This document shows positions 9,980 through 20,737 of a stretch of DNA of 52,865 bases, piece after piece; position 1 is the stretch's first letter; the number at the start of each line of letters is the position of its first letter. This DNA comes from an uncultured Actinomycetes bacterium (GTDB lineage: Bacteria; Actinomycetota; Actinomycetes; Nanopelagicales; Nanopelagicaceae). The notes under the pieces were generated by a model, which saw only the letters and a list, made by a program, of their open reading frames with translations, was not told the origin of the DNA and searched no databases. The stretch is taken from NCBI GenBank assembly GCA_903954055.1, contig CAJBMC010000114.1, positions 1-52,865 on the forward strand. Direction: 5' to 3'. Made by a program: the position numbers and the translations under genes.

Positions 9980-10029
9980 ATCGTCTTCTTCGAACTTACT
10001 GGGTTTGCGATCTTCTCCGCAGCTGTCAT
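9976..10029 (-). CDS. Candidate 17-aa ORF (MTAAEKIANPVSSKKTI) coupling the aquaporin to arsC
   Basis: Its ATG overlaps the aquaporin stop (ATGA) and its TGA overlaps the arsC ATG (ATGA). Confidence 0.35.
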   Translation of the reverse strand: MTAAEKIANPVSSKKTI

Positions 10030-10682
10030 TTCTTTACTTCCTTCTTGTTGAGGTAGGCGAAGAGCGCATATCCAAGAATTGCACCGATAATCTGAAATGG
10101 AATGAAGGTAAATGCCGAGTGTGGCGCAATTCCGGCGAAGCTATTGGAGAAAATTCGACCTATCGCGATGGCCGGGTTTGCAAATGAAGTTGAAGAGGTA
10201 AAGAAATAAGCGCTGAAGATCCAGAGCGCCACGCCAACCGAGACGAACTTCCCCTTCTTGATGGTCGAAAGTTGGAAAATCACGAAGACCAGACCAGCGG
10301 TGGCTAGCACTTCACTGAAAAGTAAATTGCCGCCGTCACGATTCTTTCCTGAAATATCAATTGCTGGATGTGAGAAGAGAATATTTGCCATGATTGTTCC
10401 CGAAATTGCGCCGAGAGTTTGAAGGACCATATATGTCACTGCCACCTTGTTCTTCAGCTCTCTACGATAAAGCGAGAGTGCAGTTACCACTGGGTTGAAA
10501 TGGGCGCCGCTGATTGGTCCGAAAAGGTTGATGAGTAGCCAGAGAATCGCACCGGTAGCCAATGCATTAATCAAAAGTTGAAGGCCAATATCAGCGGATA
10601 AGTTCTGCGCCATAATTCCAGAGCCAACAACGACCGTAGCCAATGTGGATGTTCCAATAAATTCCGCGACAAACTTCTTCAT
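10026..10682 (-). CDS. MIP/aquaporin-family channel, probably an arsenite channel
   Basis: AEFIGT, SGAHFNPV and SFANPA. Start placed at ATG 10682 (TATGAT 6 nt upstream). Directly upstream of arsC. Confidence 0.88.
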   Translation of the reverse strand: MKKFVAEFIGTSTLATVVVGSGIMAQNLSADIGLQLLINALATGAILWLLINLFGPISGAHFNPVVTALSLYRRELKNKVAVTYMVLQTLGAISGTIMANILFSHPAIDISGKNRDGGNLLFSEVLATAGLVFVIFQLSTIKKGKFVSVGVALWIFSAYFFTSSTSFANPAIAIGRIFSNSFAGIAPHSAFTFIPFQIIGAILGYALFAYLNKKEVKK

Positions 10683-10748
10683 CTCTTCATCATAACTTGA
10701 GAAGGTAACGAGAAGGTGAAGTAATCGCTTCACGATAGGTACTCTCGG

Positions 10749-11978
10749 ATGGCGTACCCTTACTTGGTGCGCGCTCAGCTCAAAGAACTTCGCTCTCATT
10801 CGGGCTTTACGATGCTCGCATCCTCGCGTTTTATCTCCAACATCGGCAACGGCATGTCACCAATTGCACTCGCATACGGGGTGCTCAGCATTAAGGGTGC
10901 AGATGGTGGAGATTTAAGTCTTGTTATGTCGGCACGTTTCTTTCCGATGGTTGCATTTATGTTATTTGGCGGAGTCTTCGCAGATAGATTTCAGCGCAAT
11001 CGAATAGTTGGCGGCAGCGACATCCTCGGTAGTTTCCTCGCAGGTACAAGCGCAATATCTCTCATCGCTGGCTTTCCACATGTATGGCTCTTAGTTGTGA
11101 TGGGTGGATTATTTGGAGTTCTTAATGCGCTCTGGTGGCCTGCGATGTCAGGTGTACTTCCCGAGATATTACCAAAGGAGAAGTTGCAAGAGGGCAATGC
11201 AGTTATTGGTCTTGTGACCAATATCGGTTACATCACCGGCACACTTCTTGGCGGAATCATCGTCGCAACATTTAGCGCCGGGTGGGGTCTGCTTGTAGAT
11301 GCAATTTCATTCTTTATTGCGGGAGTAATTGTCTGGAACTTAGATCTTCCGGCAAAATCAAAGATTGAAAGTCCGGGAATATTCCATGACCTCGTCATTG
11401 GTTGGCGCGAATTTATCTCTCGCTCATGGGTTGTCACAATGGTCTTCACCTTCGCGATCATCAACATGGCTTTCGAATCTATGCTTCAAGTATTAGGCCC
11501 TCTTAATTTTAGCGATCCAGAATCTGGGCCGCGCTACTGGTCTCTCAATCTTGCAGGTATGACCGCGGGAATGATGCTCGGTGGAATCATCGTGCTTAAA
11601 AAGAAATTTAGGCGACCACTCTTTCTCTCAATGATCTTGATTGCAGTATCGGTTATTTGGGATTTCTCTCTTGCACTCAAACTTCCGCTTCCTATCTGCA
11701 TCATCGCCGCAATTTTTTCAGGAATTACCGTCGAGTTTTTCATGGTTTCCTGGAATACATCGATGCAGACTCATATTCCAGAAGAATCATTTTCTAGGGT
11801 CAACGCATACGATGCTCTCGGCTCTTACGGAATCGCACCTATTGGCATTGTGATTGCTGGACCACTCGCTGCCCACTTTGGTGTAAGTACCATCCTCTTC
11901 GCAACAGGAACCCTCACCTTGATTGCTTCTTGCGCCTCGCTGGCTGTTAAATCAGTCAGAAACCTCACCAACACATAG
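10749..11978 (+). CDS. MFS transporter (probable start GTG about 10767)
   Basis: About 12 TM segments and an MFS loop motif GGVFADRFQR. Confidence 0.88.
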   Translation: MAYPYLVRAQLKELRSHSGFTMLASSRFISNIGNGMSPIALAYGVLSIKGADGGDLSLVMSARFFPMVAFMLFGGVFADRFQRNRIVGGSDILGSFLAGTSAISLIAGFPHVWLLVVMGGLFGVLNALWWPAMSGVLPEILPKEKLQEGNAVIGLVTNIGYITGTLLGGIIVATFSAGWGLLVDAISFFIAGVIVWNLDLPAKSKIESPGIFHDLVIGWREFISRSWVVTMVFTFAIINMAFESMLQVLGPLNFSDPESGPRYWSLNLAGMTAGMMLGGIIVLKKKFRRPLFLSMILIAVSVIWDFSLALKLPLPICIIAAIFSGITVEFFMVSWNTSMQTHIPEESFSRVNAYDALGSYGIAPIGIVIAGPLAAHFGVSTILFATGTLTLIASCASLAVKSVRNLTNT

Positions 11979-11987
11979 TCTTAGCTC

Positions 11988-12641
11988 ATGACCGAGACGC
12001 CTCCAACCGTTTTGCCACCGAAGTTGCGGGGCTGGTTTCACCTTGGCGCAACACCGGCGGTAATAATCGCCTCGCTCGTTCTCTTCATCCTCAGTAAAGA
12101 ATCTCTCAAATTTGCCGTTGCTTTATATTCGATTACCGCCATCATGCTCTTTAGCGTCTCGGCGATTTACCATCGAGTCCCCTGGGTTCCAGAGAAGAAG
12201 AAAATTTGGCGACGTTGGGATCATGCCAACATTAATTTACTGATTGCCGGTTCGTACACACCATTTGCAGTTGCACTTCTCGAACCTCACGATCGAAATA
12301 TTCTCCTGGCAATTATTTGGAGTGGCGCACTTGCTGGAGTCGCGATTCGCGTTTTCTGGTTGAGTGCACCTCGTTGGCTCTATGTTGCAAATTACTTACT
12401 CCTCGGCTGGGTTGCCGTCGTCTATACACCGCAGCTCTACGACCGTGGCGGCCTTTGGGTCATCATCCCAATCTTGATTGGTGGTCTGCTCTACTCCATC
12501 GGCGCGATTTTCTACGCTTTGAAGAAGCCTGGTCGCGCCGCCAAGTATTTCGGCTTCCATGAGCTCTTCCACATCTTTGTCTTAGCCGCATGGATCAGCC
12601 AGTACCTAGCAATCTGTTTCGCAATCTACCGCTCACGGTAA
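11988..12641 (+). CDS. Hemolysin III / PAQR family membrane protein
   Basis: SAIYH, RRWDHANI, IAGSYTP and FHELFH motifs; about 7 TM. Confidence 0.9.
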   Translation: MTETPPTVLPPKLRGWFHLGATPAVIIASLVLFILSKESLKFAVALYSITAIMLFSVSAIYHRVPWVPEKKKIWRRWDHANINLLIAGSYTPFAVALLEPHDRNILLAIIWSGALAGVAIRVFWLSAPRWLYVANYLLLGWVAVVYTPQLYDRGGLWVIIPILIGGLLYSIGAIFYALKKPGRAAKYFGFHELFHIFVLAAWISQYLAICFAIYRSR

Positions 12642-12717
12642 GCGGGCGATTTCCCGAACTGCCTCGATGCTCTAATCTATGAGCCTTAGATAAGTGGTTC
12701 TTGAGAGGGATTATCAA

Positions 12718-13509
12718 ATGGCAGAGAAGAAGGATTTTCTCAACTGGGTCGGCTTCCGTGAGGAATCTGAGCGACCAGCAACTGGCAACCCGGTAGATCG
12801 CATTCGCGAACTCGAATCACAACTATCCGACCTACGTTCACGTCGCGACATCACCGCACTCAGCAAGGAAGAGTTTGAAATCCTTGCAACTGAGACTGCG
12901 ATGATGATGATTAAGTCGGCGCAGGCACGTGAAGCTAAGGCTAATGCGTCAGCCGAGCGCGTTATCAACGAGTCAACTCGCAATGCTAAGGATGTTCTCG
13001 AAGGCGCCGAATCCAAGGCACGCAGCATTCTCTCTGGTGCAGAGGCTCGAGGTCGCAAGTACATCTCTACCGCTGAGGCCGAGGCGACAGACCTTGTTAA
13101 TGAGGCGGCTCGAGAAGCAGAATCAATTATCGATACCAAGCGTCGTGAAGCTGCTGCAGTTGCATCTGCTGCACGTCGTGAGGGCGAACGTATCGTCGCC
13201 GATGCAGCGAATGAAGTTATTGAATACCGACGCTGGTTAGCAGAGGTCATCGCAGAGTCTGAGCGTCTCTATCGCATTCAATCACAGGCTCTCGTCGCAG
13301 CAGAACAAGCGATTGCGCAATCACGTCAGCGTCTCGATGGTGCATTTGCTCGCCTTGCAAATATGCAGGCTGTTGTAAATGACTCACTCAATGAAGATGG
13401 AACAGTCCGTCGCAAGGATCCGATTAAGGTCGAAAGCCGCCGCACTGCTCCTGCTCTCGATGCACCACGTCGTTCAGCGCCAAAGAAAACTGCCGCTAAG
13501 CGCAAGTAA
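12718..13509 (+). CDS. Alanine-rich coiled-coil protein (DivIVA/FilP-like composition)
   Basis: Long A/E/R heptad-like region and basic tail; GAGGG upstream of ATG 12718; no clear DivIVA N-terminal motif. Confidence 0.6.
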   Translation: MAEKKDFLNWVGFREESERPATGNPVDRIRELESQLSDLRSRRDITALSKEEFEILATETAMMMIKSAQAREAKANASAERVINESTRNAKDVLEGAESKARSILSGAEARGRKYISTAEAEATDLVNEAAREAESIIDTKRREAAAVASAARREGERIVADAANEVIEYRRWLAEVIAESERLYRIQSQALVAAEQAIAQSRQRLDGAFARLANMQAVVNDSLNEDGTVRRKDPIKVESRRTAPALDAPRRSAPKKTAAKRK

Positions 13510-13514
13510 TTTCT

Positions 13515-15257
13515 ATGGCTACCAAACGCGGTATCCAATACATACCTGCCATTGATGGGCTTCGCGCTATCGCCGTCATGGCGGTTCTCTTCTATCACTT
13601 AGGTTTTAAGTGGATTCCCGGTGGATTCCTCGGCGTCGATCTCTTCTTTGTAATTTCGGGTTACGTTATTACTCGACTTCTTCTCGATTCAATCGAAAGT
13701 AGCGGAGGCCTTGACCTTCGAGCTTTCTACTTGGCCCGAGTTCGTCGTTTGCTTCCCGCTCTTGCATTTATGTTGGCGACAACTGCAATCGCTGTTGGAA
13801 TTTGGGCGCCAGATACGATCAAGCGTTTTCTCATCGATACACCTTTTGCTCTCACCGGAACGATGAATTGGTGGCTGGTTGGCCACCACCTCGATTACTT
13901 CGAAGAAATTGGTCGACCTCCCCTATTGCAACACACATGGTCACTTGCAGTAGAGGCGCAGTTCTATCTCCTCTGGCCATTGATTCTCTTACTTATTTTG
14001 AAGTTCTTCGGAAAAAAGCGCATCTCAGTCATCTCACTTTCGATCGCTGCGATCTCAGGTATTGCGCTGATGCTCGTCTCATTCTCTCTTGATGCGGCAA
14101 GTTCATCGAAGGTAAGCCACGTCTACTTTGGAACAGATACTCATAGCATCGGACTCTTCTTGGGTGCAGCGCTAGCTGTCAGTTGGATCCCTCAGAACTT
14201 CAAAAGTAATGTGAGTAAGAAAGCACAGGACTTTATCGATGGAATTGGTGTCTTTGGCTTCCTCGGAATTCTCGCCGCATTCTTGCTGATCGATGAGAGT
14301 AAACCTGCACTCTACAAAATTGCATTTCCACTCGCAGGTTTATTTGCTTCCGCGATTATTACCTCAATAGTTCATCCGGCATCTCGCTTTGCTCCTATCT
14401 TGCAGAATAAAGTTCTGCTCTGGATTGGTGAGCGTTCATATGCGATTTATCTATGGCATTGGGTTATCTTCCAAGTAACTCGACCAAAGGTGGATTTGGC
14501 AGGGGCAGCGTGGGCCATGTACTCATTGCGAATTCTCGTCGTCTTTGCCCTAGCCGACATCTCTCTGCGTTATGTAGAACTTCCAGTTCGACGCGGGGTC
14601 TTAAATTATTGGATCAAAGGTCTTAAATATCGAACTCCAGCTGAGAAGAAGCGGCAACAAGTTCGCTTTGTAGCTGTGATCGCAATTCTTATTATCTCAA
14701 TCTCTGCTGTGAGCATCCGTGCCGTATCCATTGGAAATCAAAAACAGCAAGCGCTGGTTGCCGAGCTTGAGACCGCCAACACCAATTCTGCAATGACTAC
14801 ACATGGAATTTGGCTCACTGGTGACTCAGTCATTCTCGGAATCAAGAGCGTGCTCGCCGAAAACCATGAGGTCGGCTTGGTAAATGCCCGCGTTGGCAGA
14901 CAAGCCCCGGAACTTCTAGATGTGATACTTCATGACAAAGTTCATGCACCTGATGGGCCAGTAGTGCTCGATCTAGGTAATAACAACGCGCTTACAGAGA
15001 GCCAGGTAATTTCAATCCTTGATGCTCTGAAGTCAGCGCCGAAGGTGCTTCTAGTAAATACTGCGGTGCCACGGCCCTGGAAAGATCCTAATAATGCGCT
15101 AATAGCAAATATCTCATCGCGTTATAGCAATGTCCGCATTATCAATTGGGCTCTCATCTCAGAGGGGCACCCAGAATATTTCGCACCAGATGGCGTGCAC
15201 CTTGTTCCTACAGGTGTGGCTGTATATGTTGCAGAGATTTCTAAGTATTTAAATTAG
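13515..15257 (+). CDS. Acyltransferase-3 + SGNH fusion (OatA-like O-acetyltransferase)
   Basis: IDGLRAIAV, GFLGVDLFFVISGY, HTWSLAVEAQFY, then GDS and DGVH in the C-terminal domain. Confidence 0.88.
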   Translation: MATKRGIQYIPAIDGLRAIAVMAVLFYHLGFKWIPGGFLGVDLFFVISGYVITRLLLDSIESSGGLDLRAFYLARVRRLLPALAFMLATTAIAVGIWAPDTIKRFLIDTPFALTGTMNWWLVGHHLDYFEEIGRPPLLQHTWSLAVEAQFYLLWPLILLLILKFFGKKRISVISLSIAAISGIALMLVSFSLDAASSSKVSHVYFGTDTHSIGLFLGAALAVSWIPQNFKSNVSKKAQDFIDGIGVFGFLGILAAFLLIDESKPALYKIAFPLAGLFASAIITSIVHPASRFAPILQNKVLLWIGERSYAIYLWHWVIFQVTRPKVDLAGAAWAMYSLRILVVFALADISLRYVELPVRRGVLNYWIKGLKYRTPAEKKRQQVRFVAVIAILIISISAVSIRAVSIGNQKQQALVAELETANTNSAMTTHGIWLTGDSVILGIKSVLAENHEVGLVNARVGRQAPELLDVILHDKVHAPDGPVVLDLGNNNALTESQVISILDALKSAPKVLLVNTAVPRPWKDPNNALIANISSRYSNVRIINWALISEGHPEYFAPDGVHLVPTGVAVYVAEISKYLN

Positions 15258-15263
15258 TTAATA

Positions 15264-15303
15264 AATAGAAAAGCCCCGACCAATTGGCCGGGGCTTTTCT
15301 ATT
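15264..15303. terminator. Bidirectional intrinsic terminator
   Basis: AATAGAAAAGCCCCG...CGGGGCTTTTCTATT between convergent genes. Confidence 0.9.
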
Positions 15304-15345
15304 GTAGAAATTATTTGTAGAAATTATTCGTAGAAATTATTCGTA
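15304..15345. repeat. 13-bp tandem repeat x3 (GTAGAAATTATTY)
   Basis: Copies at 15304, 15317 and 15330; the unit contains the last codons and stop of the upstream minus-strand gene. Confidence 0.85.
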
Positions 15346-16260
15346 CTGACCTGCGAATCCAAATGCCTTAGCAACACCTAGAGATCCATCAGCATAGATA
15401 GCTGAGACTCGGAATGATGTGTACTGTGAATCAGATGTCTTAGAGAGTTCGAATGAGAGTTGAGTTGAAGGAATCTGTGAGATTTCCTTCCAAGCTCCAC
15501 CATTTGGTGCAATCTCAACCTTGTAACCCTTTACATCTCCCATTGGAGCCTTCCAAGAAAGTACGAGTACTGACTTAGTTGAGGCATCTTTCCAATTACC
15601 GATGAAGCGTGATGGAGCTTCACCTGTTGTTGCAGCATTTGATGTATCTGTTGATGCAGCTGGTGAGGCAGAAGCTGAAGCTACTGGTGATGCAGCTGCA
15701 GATGCAGATGCAGATGCAGCCGGAGTTGGAGTTGAAGTAGTTGACTTATTGCTTGACTGCTGTGAAGCAACAATTGCAGTGAGAATTGCTACGCCGAGGA
15801 GGACAGCGATGAGCACGCCCTTAGATGAACCTTGGCGTGGAGTAGCTGTTGGCTTAGCTGGAGCAGCTGGGCTCTTCACTGGTGCAACAGGTGTTGTTGA
15901 AACATTTACTCGATCAAATGATGCACCAGTTGGAACTGGTGGAATAACGACTGACGATGCGCTCGACTTACGCGCTGGCGCCTTCTTTGCAACCTTCTTA
16001 GCGGTTGTCTTCTTCTTAGCTACAGCCTTTTTCGCTACAGCTTTCTTGGCTACAGCTTTCTTGGCTACCTTCTTAGGTGCTGACTTCTTTGCAACCTTCT
16101 TAGCGGTTGTCTTCTTAGCTGTTGACTTCTTAGCTGTTGTCTTCTTAGCTGTTGTCTTCTTAGCTGTTGTCTTCTTAGCTGTTGACTTCTTAGCTACAGA
16201 CTTCTTCGCAACCTTCTTCGCGGTTGTCTTCTTAGCTGTTGACTTCTTCTTTACTGCCAC
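15337..16260 (-). CDS. Histone-H1-like Lys/Ala repeat tail + single TM + extracytoplasmic FN3-like domain
   Basis: About 19 KKxxA units, [23 protein letters not shown] linker, then LSWKAP..GYKVE..WKE..FRVSA. GAGGAG RBS before GTG 16260. Confidence 0.8.
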   Translation of the reverse strand: MAVKKKSTAKKTTAKKVAKKSVAKKSTAKKTTAKKTTAKKTTAKKSTAKKTTAKKVAKKSAPKKVAKKAVAKKAVAKKAVAKKKTTAKKVAKKAPARKSSASSVVIPPVPTGASFDRVNVSTTPVAPVKSPAAPAKPTATPRQGSSKGVLIAVLLGVAILTAIVASQQSSNKSTTSTPTPAASASASAAASPVASASASPAASTDTSNAATTGEAPSRFIGNWKDASTKSVLVLSWKAPMGDVKGYKVEIAPNGGAWKEISQIPSTQLSFELSKTSDSQYTSFRVSAIYADGSLGVAKAFGFAGQYE

Positions 16261-16290
16261 GTTTATCTCCTCGGATCGTATGGGCAAAGT

Positions 16291-16908
16291 TTAGCCTAGA
16301 GAATTAAGAGCCTTCAGCACATGCGGAGCTATCGCCCGTAGCGCCTTTCCGCGATGGCTCACCGCATCTTTCTCATGCGAACTCATCTGGGCGCTGGATA
16401 TTTCTAACCCCTCGGGCTGAAAAATCGGGTCATAGCCGAAGCCTTTTGTGCCGATGGGTGAGTGGAGGATTCGACCATAGAAGCGACCCTCTTCGCAATG
16501 AGTGCGACCATCCGGCAGATAGAGAGCTGCCAGGCATAGAAAATATGCGCCTCGCTTCTCATCTGGCACATCGCTTAACTGGGCCAAAACCTTCTCAAGA
16601 TTTGCCTTATCGTCACCATGATTTCCCGCCCACCGAGCGGAGAAAATTCCTGGAGCGCCATCTAATGCATCAACACAGAGACCGCTGTCATCTGCAATTG
16701 CTGGAAGCCCTGTCGCCTCCGACATTTCGCGAGCTTTTAATAATGCATTCTCTTCGAAGGTAGATCCAGTTTCTTCAACATCATGTACGTGAGGAAATTG
16801 ATCGAGGCCTACTAATTCGATCTCACCTGGCGCAAGTGCATCGAGAATTCTGCGAAATTCGAGAATCTTGCCTTCGTTGCGAGTAGCTAATAAGAGCTTG
16901 TGGCTCAC
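16291..16908 (-). CDS. rdgB: dITP/XTP pyrophosphatase (Ham1/RdgB)
   Basis: [27 protein letters not shown] and SHRGKA. Confidence 0.95.
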   Translation of the reverse strand: MSHKLLLATRNEGKILEFRRILDALAPGEIELVGLDQFPHVHDVEETGSTFEENALLKAREMSEATGLPAIADDSGLCVDALDGAPGIFSARWAGNHGDDKANLEKVLAQLSDVPDEKRGAYFLCLAALYLPDGRTHCEEGRFYGRILHSPIGTKGFGYDPIFQPEGLEISSAQMSSHEKDAVSHRGKALRAIAPHVLKALNSLG

Positions 16909-17630
16909 TCGCTAAGTGCCTTCTTCTGTAAATCTGTCAGGGTCTTTGTTCCGGCAACTGCTAGGTCAAGGAGCGAATCAAGGAGTGCGCGATCAAATGG
17001 AGCGCCCTCTGCAGTTCCTTGAACTTCAATAAAGCGACCATCGCCGGCGCAGACAACGTTCATATCTGTCTCAGCACGTACATCTTCTTCGTAGCAGAGA
17101 TCGAGCATAGGTACACCGTCGATGATTCCGACAGAGATTGCAGCAACTGAATCAGGAAGTGGATTTACTCCCGCCTTTACATGGCCTTCCTTCTTTGCCC
17201 AAGTAATTGCATCTGCAAGTGCAACATAGGCACCTGTAATTGCTGCCGTGCGAGTTCCGCCATCTGCTTGTAGAACATCGCAGTCGATAACGATTGTGTT
17301 CTCTCCAAGCGCTTTCATATCAACGATTCCGCGAAGCGAACGTCCAATCAAGCGGGAAATTTCTTGAGTGCGTCCGCCGAGTTTTCCCTTTACTGATTCG
17401 CGATCAGAACGTGTATGTGTTGCACGAGGAAGCATTGAATATTCAGATGTCACCCAACCGGTTCCGCTATCTTTGAGCCAACGTGGTACTCCCGGCGTAA
17501 AAGATGCAACGCAAAGAACGCGAGTCTTTCCGAATTCAACAAGTACAGATCCCTCTGCATGGTCGAGCCAGGCGCGAGTGATTTTGATGTCGCGTAGTTG
17601 ATCTACTGAGCGTCCGTCATTGCGTGCCAT
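16905..17630 (-). CDS. rph: Ribonuclease PH
   Basis: [30 protein letters not shown] and [13 protein letters not shown]. Confidence 0.97.
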   Translation of the reverse strand: MARNDGRSVDQLRDIKITRAWLDHAEGSVLVEFGKTRVLCVASFTPGVPRWLKDSGTGWVTSEYSMLPRATHTRSDRESVKGKLGGRTQEISRLIGRSLRGIVDMKALGENTIVIDCDVLQADGGTRTAAITGAYVALADAITWAKKEGHVKAGVNPLPDSVAAISVGIIDGVPMLDLCYEEDVRAETDMNVVCAGDGRFIEVQGTAEGAPFDRALLDSLLDLAVAGTKTLTDLQKKALSE

Positions 17631-17656
17631 TGTTTCCTCCGAGTTGTTTGTGAAAA

Positions 17657-18454
17657 TTAAAGATCTTGGTGTTGCACTGAACCAACTTCAGGTCCCAAGA
17701 AACGTCGAGCGAGACCTTCAAATGCCTTTGCATCGCCGGTTGCCAAGAATCGATGGTGTGGAGCTTCAGAACTTGCATCGCGCAGTAAAGATCCTTCGAC
17801 CAAGACTCGGTAGAGATCTTTCGCGGTCTCCTCTGCACTTGATACCAGCGAAACATCATTTCCCATTACATAAGAAATAACACCGGTTAAGAGTGGATAG
17901 TGGGTGCAACCAAGAACCAAGGTATCGACATCAGCGGCAATCATCGGCGCAAGATATTCACGAGCAATCGCGGTAATTGCCGCGCCCGACGTTTCTCCGC
18001 GCTCAACAAATTCAACAAATTGTGGACATGCAGTGGAGGTAATCTGTAATTGTGGAGCGGCAGCAAATGCATCGAGATAGGCCTGCGAATCAATTGTGGC
18101 GCGAGTTCCTATAACTCCAACTTTTCCTGTGCGCGTAGCCGCTACCGCGCGACGAACTGCAGGTTGAATAACTTCAATCACCGGAACTGAATAACGTTCG
18201 CGCGCATCGCGGAGCATCGCCGCACTTGCAGTGTTACATGCAATTACAAGTGCCTTCACGCCTTGATCAACGAGAAAGTCGAGCGTTTCGAGAGAGAAAT
18301 CTCGGACCTCCGCGAGTGGACGTGGACCATATGGACCGCGCGCGGTATCTCCGATGTAGAGAATTGATTCATTGGGAAGTTGATCTAAAATTGCACGAGC
18401 TACTGTTAAACCGCCAACGCCAGAATCGAAGATGCCGATTGATGCGTTGCTCAT
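17657..18454 (-). CDS. murI: Glutamate racemase
   Basis: [17 protein letters not shown] and LGCTHYP. Confidence 0.97.
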   Translation of the reverse strand: MSNASIGIFDSGVGGLTVARAILDQLPNESILYIGDTARGPYGPRPLAEVRDFSLETLDFLVDQGVKALVIACNTASAAMLRDARERYSVPVIEVIQPAVRRAVAATRTGKVGVIGTRATIDSQAYLDAFAAAPQLQITSTACPQFVEFVERGETSGAAITAIAREYLAPMIAADVDTLVLGCTHYPLLTGVISYVMGNDVSLVSSAEETAKDLYRVLVEGSLLRDASSEAPHHRFLATGDAKAFEGLARRFLGPEVGSVQHQDL

Positions 18455-18473
18455 GCGCTAATCGTACGAGAGA

Positions 18474-19430
<957 letters not shown>

Positions 19431-19709
19431 TTACTTACTGCCGCCAGCTACGGCGGGAAGGATTGTGACTGAGTCACCATCCTTAAGCGGTGCTTCTAGC
19501 CCACCGAGAAATCGAACATCTTCATCGTTGATATAGATATTGATGAAGCGGCGCAGTGCGCCATTTTCGAGAAGTCGCTCGCCTAATCCACCGTACTGTG
19601 TATCAAGATCAGTGATGAGGGCAGAGAGAGTGGCTCCTGCAGCTTCTACAGATTTCTGATCTTTTGTATAAGGGCGAAGAATTGTTGGGATGCGAACTTC
19701 AATAGCCAT
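19431..19709 (-). CDS. cysO: Ubiquitin-like sulfur carrier (MoaD/ThiS family)
   Basis: RIPTILR, RRFINIYINDEDVRF and ILPAVAGG, followed by an SK extension. Confidence 0.88.
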   Translation of the reverse strand: MAIEVRIPTILRPYTKDQKSVEAAGATLSALITDLDTQYGGLGERLLENGALRRFINIYINDEDVRFLGGLEAPLKDGDSVTILPAVAGGSK

Positions 19710-19734
19710 GTCCTTATTATGGCGAAGATTGCTG

Positions 19735-20151
19735 CTATTCGGTAATTGAAACTTCTTCCTCAGTCACAACGCCATCGATGATGCGATATGAGCGAAATTC
19801 AGTTGCAGGTGCAATCTCTTCGCGGGTAGATACCAATACATAGTGCGAACCAGGCTCGCCCGCATAAGCGATATCGGTTCGAGAAGGAAATGCCTCGGTC
19901 TCGGTATGAGAGTGGTAGATCACGACAATTTCCTCATCGTTGTCATCAACTTCACGATAGAGAGCGAGTAAATCCTTTGGATCAAATTCATAGAAAGTCG
20001 GTGAATGTGCAGCATTAACCATTGGCTTATGGCGAATCGGAGAGTCTGAGCCCACTGGACCAAGAATCACACCGCAGCACTCGTCGGGATATTCGACGCG
20101 AGATTGTTCGAGAATCGCATCAACGATTGCGCGCGAGATTGTGAGAGCCAT
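19735..20151 (-). CDS. mec: JAMM/M67 CysO-cysteine peptidase
   Basis: PDECCG, YHSHT and PSRTD (E-HxH-S-D JAMM motif). Confidence 0.88.
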   Translation of the reverse strand: MALTISRAIVDAILEQSRVEYPDECCGVILGPVGSDSPIRHKPMVNAAHSPTFYEFDPKDLLALYREVDDNDEEIVVIYHSHTETEAFPSRTDIAYAGEPGSHYVLVSTREEIAPATEFRSYRIIDGVVTEEEVSITE

Positions 20152-20173
20152 AAGAGAAGTCTAAACCAAATTC

Positions 20174-20737
20174 TTATTCGGAAACTTCATCCATCAGAGC
20201 ATCGAGCAGCGTCTCCTGAAGCCAACCAAGCCAGCTATAGACTGCATAAACTCCACGTAATGGATCATCCGGTGAGAGAAGTTCGAGATGCTCGTAATTA
20301 TTATTTTCAATTTTCAGACGCACGCCTAAGGCGAGGCGAATATCGTTCAATCCCCCAAGCCAATCATTTGCACCTTTGTGATCTAGCTCGACATCACCTT
20401 CCGGAGAAGCTTTAAGCATCATCCGAATTGACATTGCATGCGCTTGCTTCTTTCCGCGCAAAGTTGATTCTGTATACCGGCGAAATTCCGCAGCATCGAC
20501 ATCATCTGCGTAAGCATTTGGCAATAACCGATGAAGTACTTCATCTTCAGGTGGCGAATCATGTGAAGTTATACCTACGAGTGCGGCAAGTGGATCTTCA
20601 TGACCGTGATCCACGCGCTCTGCTAATAATTCGATTATCTGTTCAACGAGATTGAGTAGGACTTCTTTCTCGCTCGCTTCAAAGTGAGCAAGATAGGTAT
20701 GAGCGCCATGTCGTTTGAATCCTTCGGTGGCTGCCAT
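20174..20737 (-). CDS. DUF2017 family protein (AosR-like)
   Basis: RLLPNAY..AAEFRRYTE, WLGGLNDIRLALG and VYSWLGWLQE; lies between clpS and mec as in mycobacteria. Confidence 0.82.
   Translation of the reverse strand: MAATEGFKRHGAHTYLAHFEASEKEVLLNLVEQIIELLAERVDHGHEDPLAALVGITSHDSPPEDEVLHRLLPNAYADDVDAAEFRRYTESTLRGKKQAHAMSIRMMLKASPEGDVELDHKGANDWLGGLNDIRLALGVRLKIENNNYEHLELLSPDDPLRGVYAVYSWLGWLQETLLDALMDEVSE

Noticed and set aside
15304-16252. Possible CRISPR array in the 13-bp and 15-bp repeats
   Set aside because: The units are adjacent with no unique spacers, are too short and are coding-derived; no cas genes are present.
15602-16294. 230-aa plus-strand ORF with FLAVV repeats
   Set aside because: Antisense reading of the KKTTA repeats; the minus-strand gene has the RBS, promoter and domain structure.
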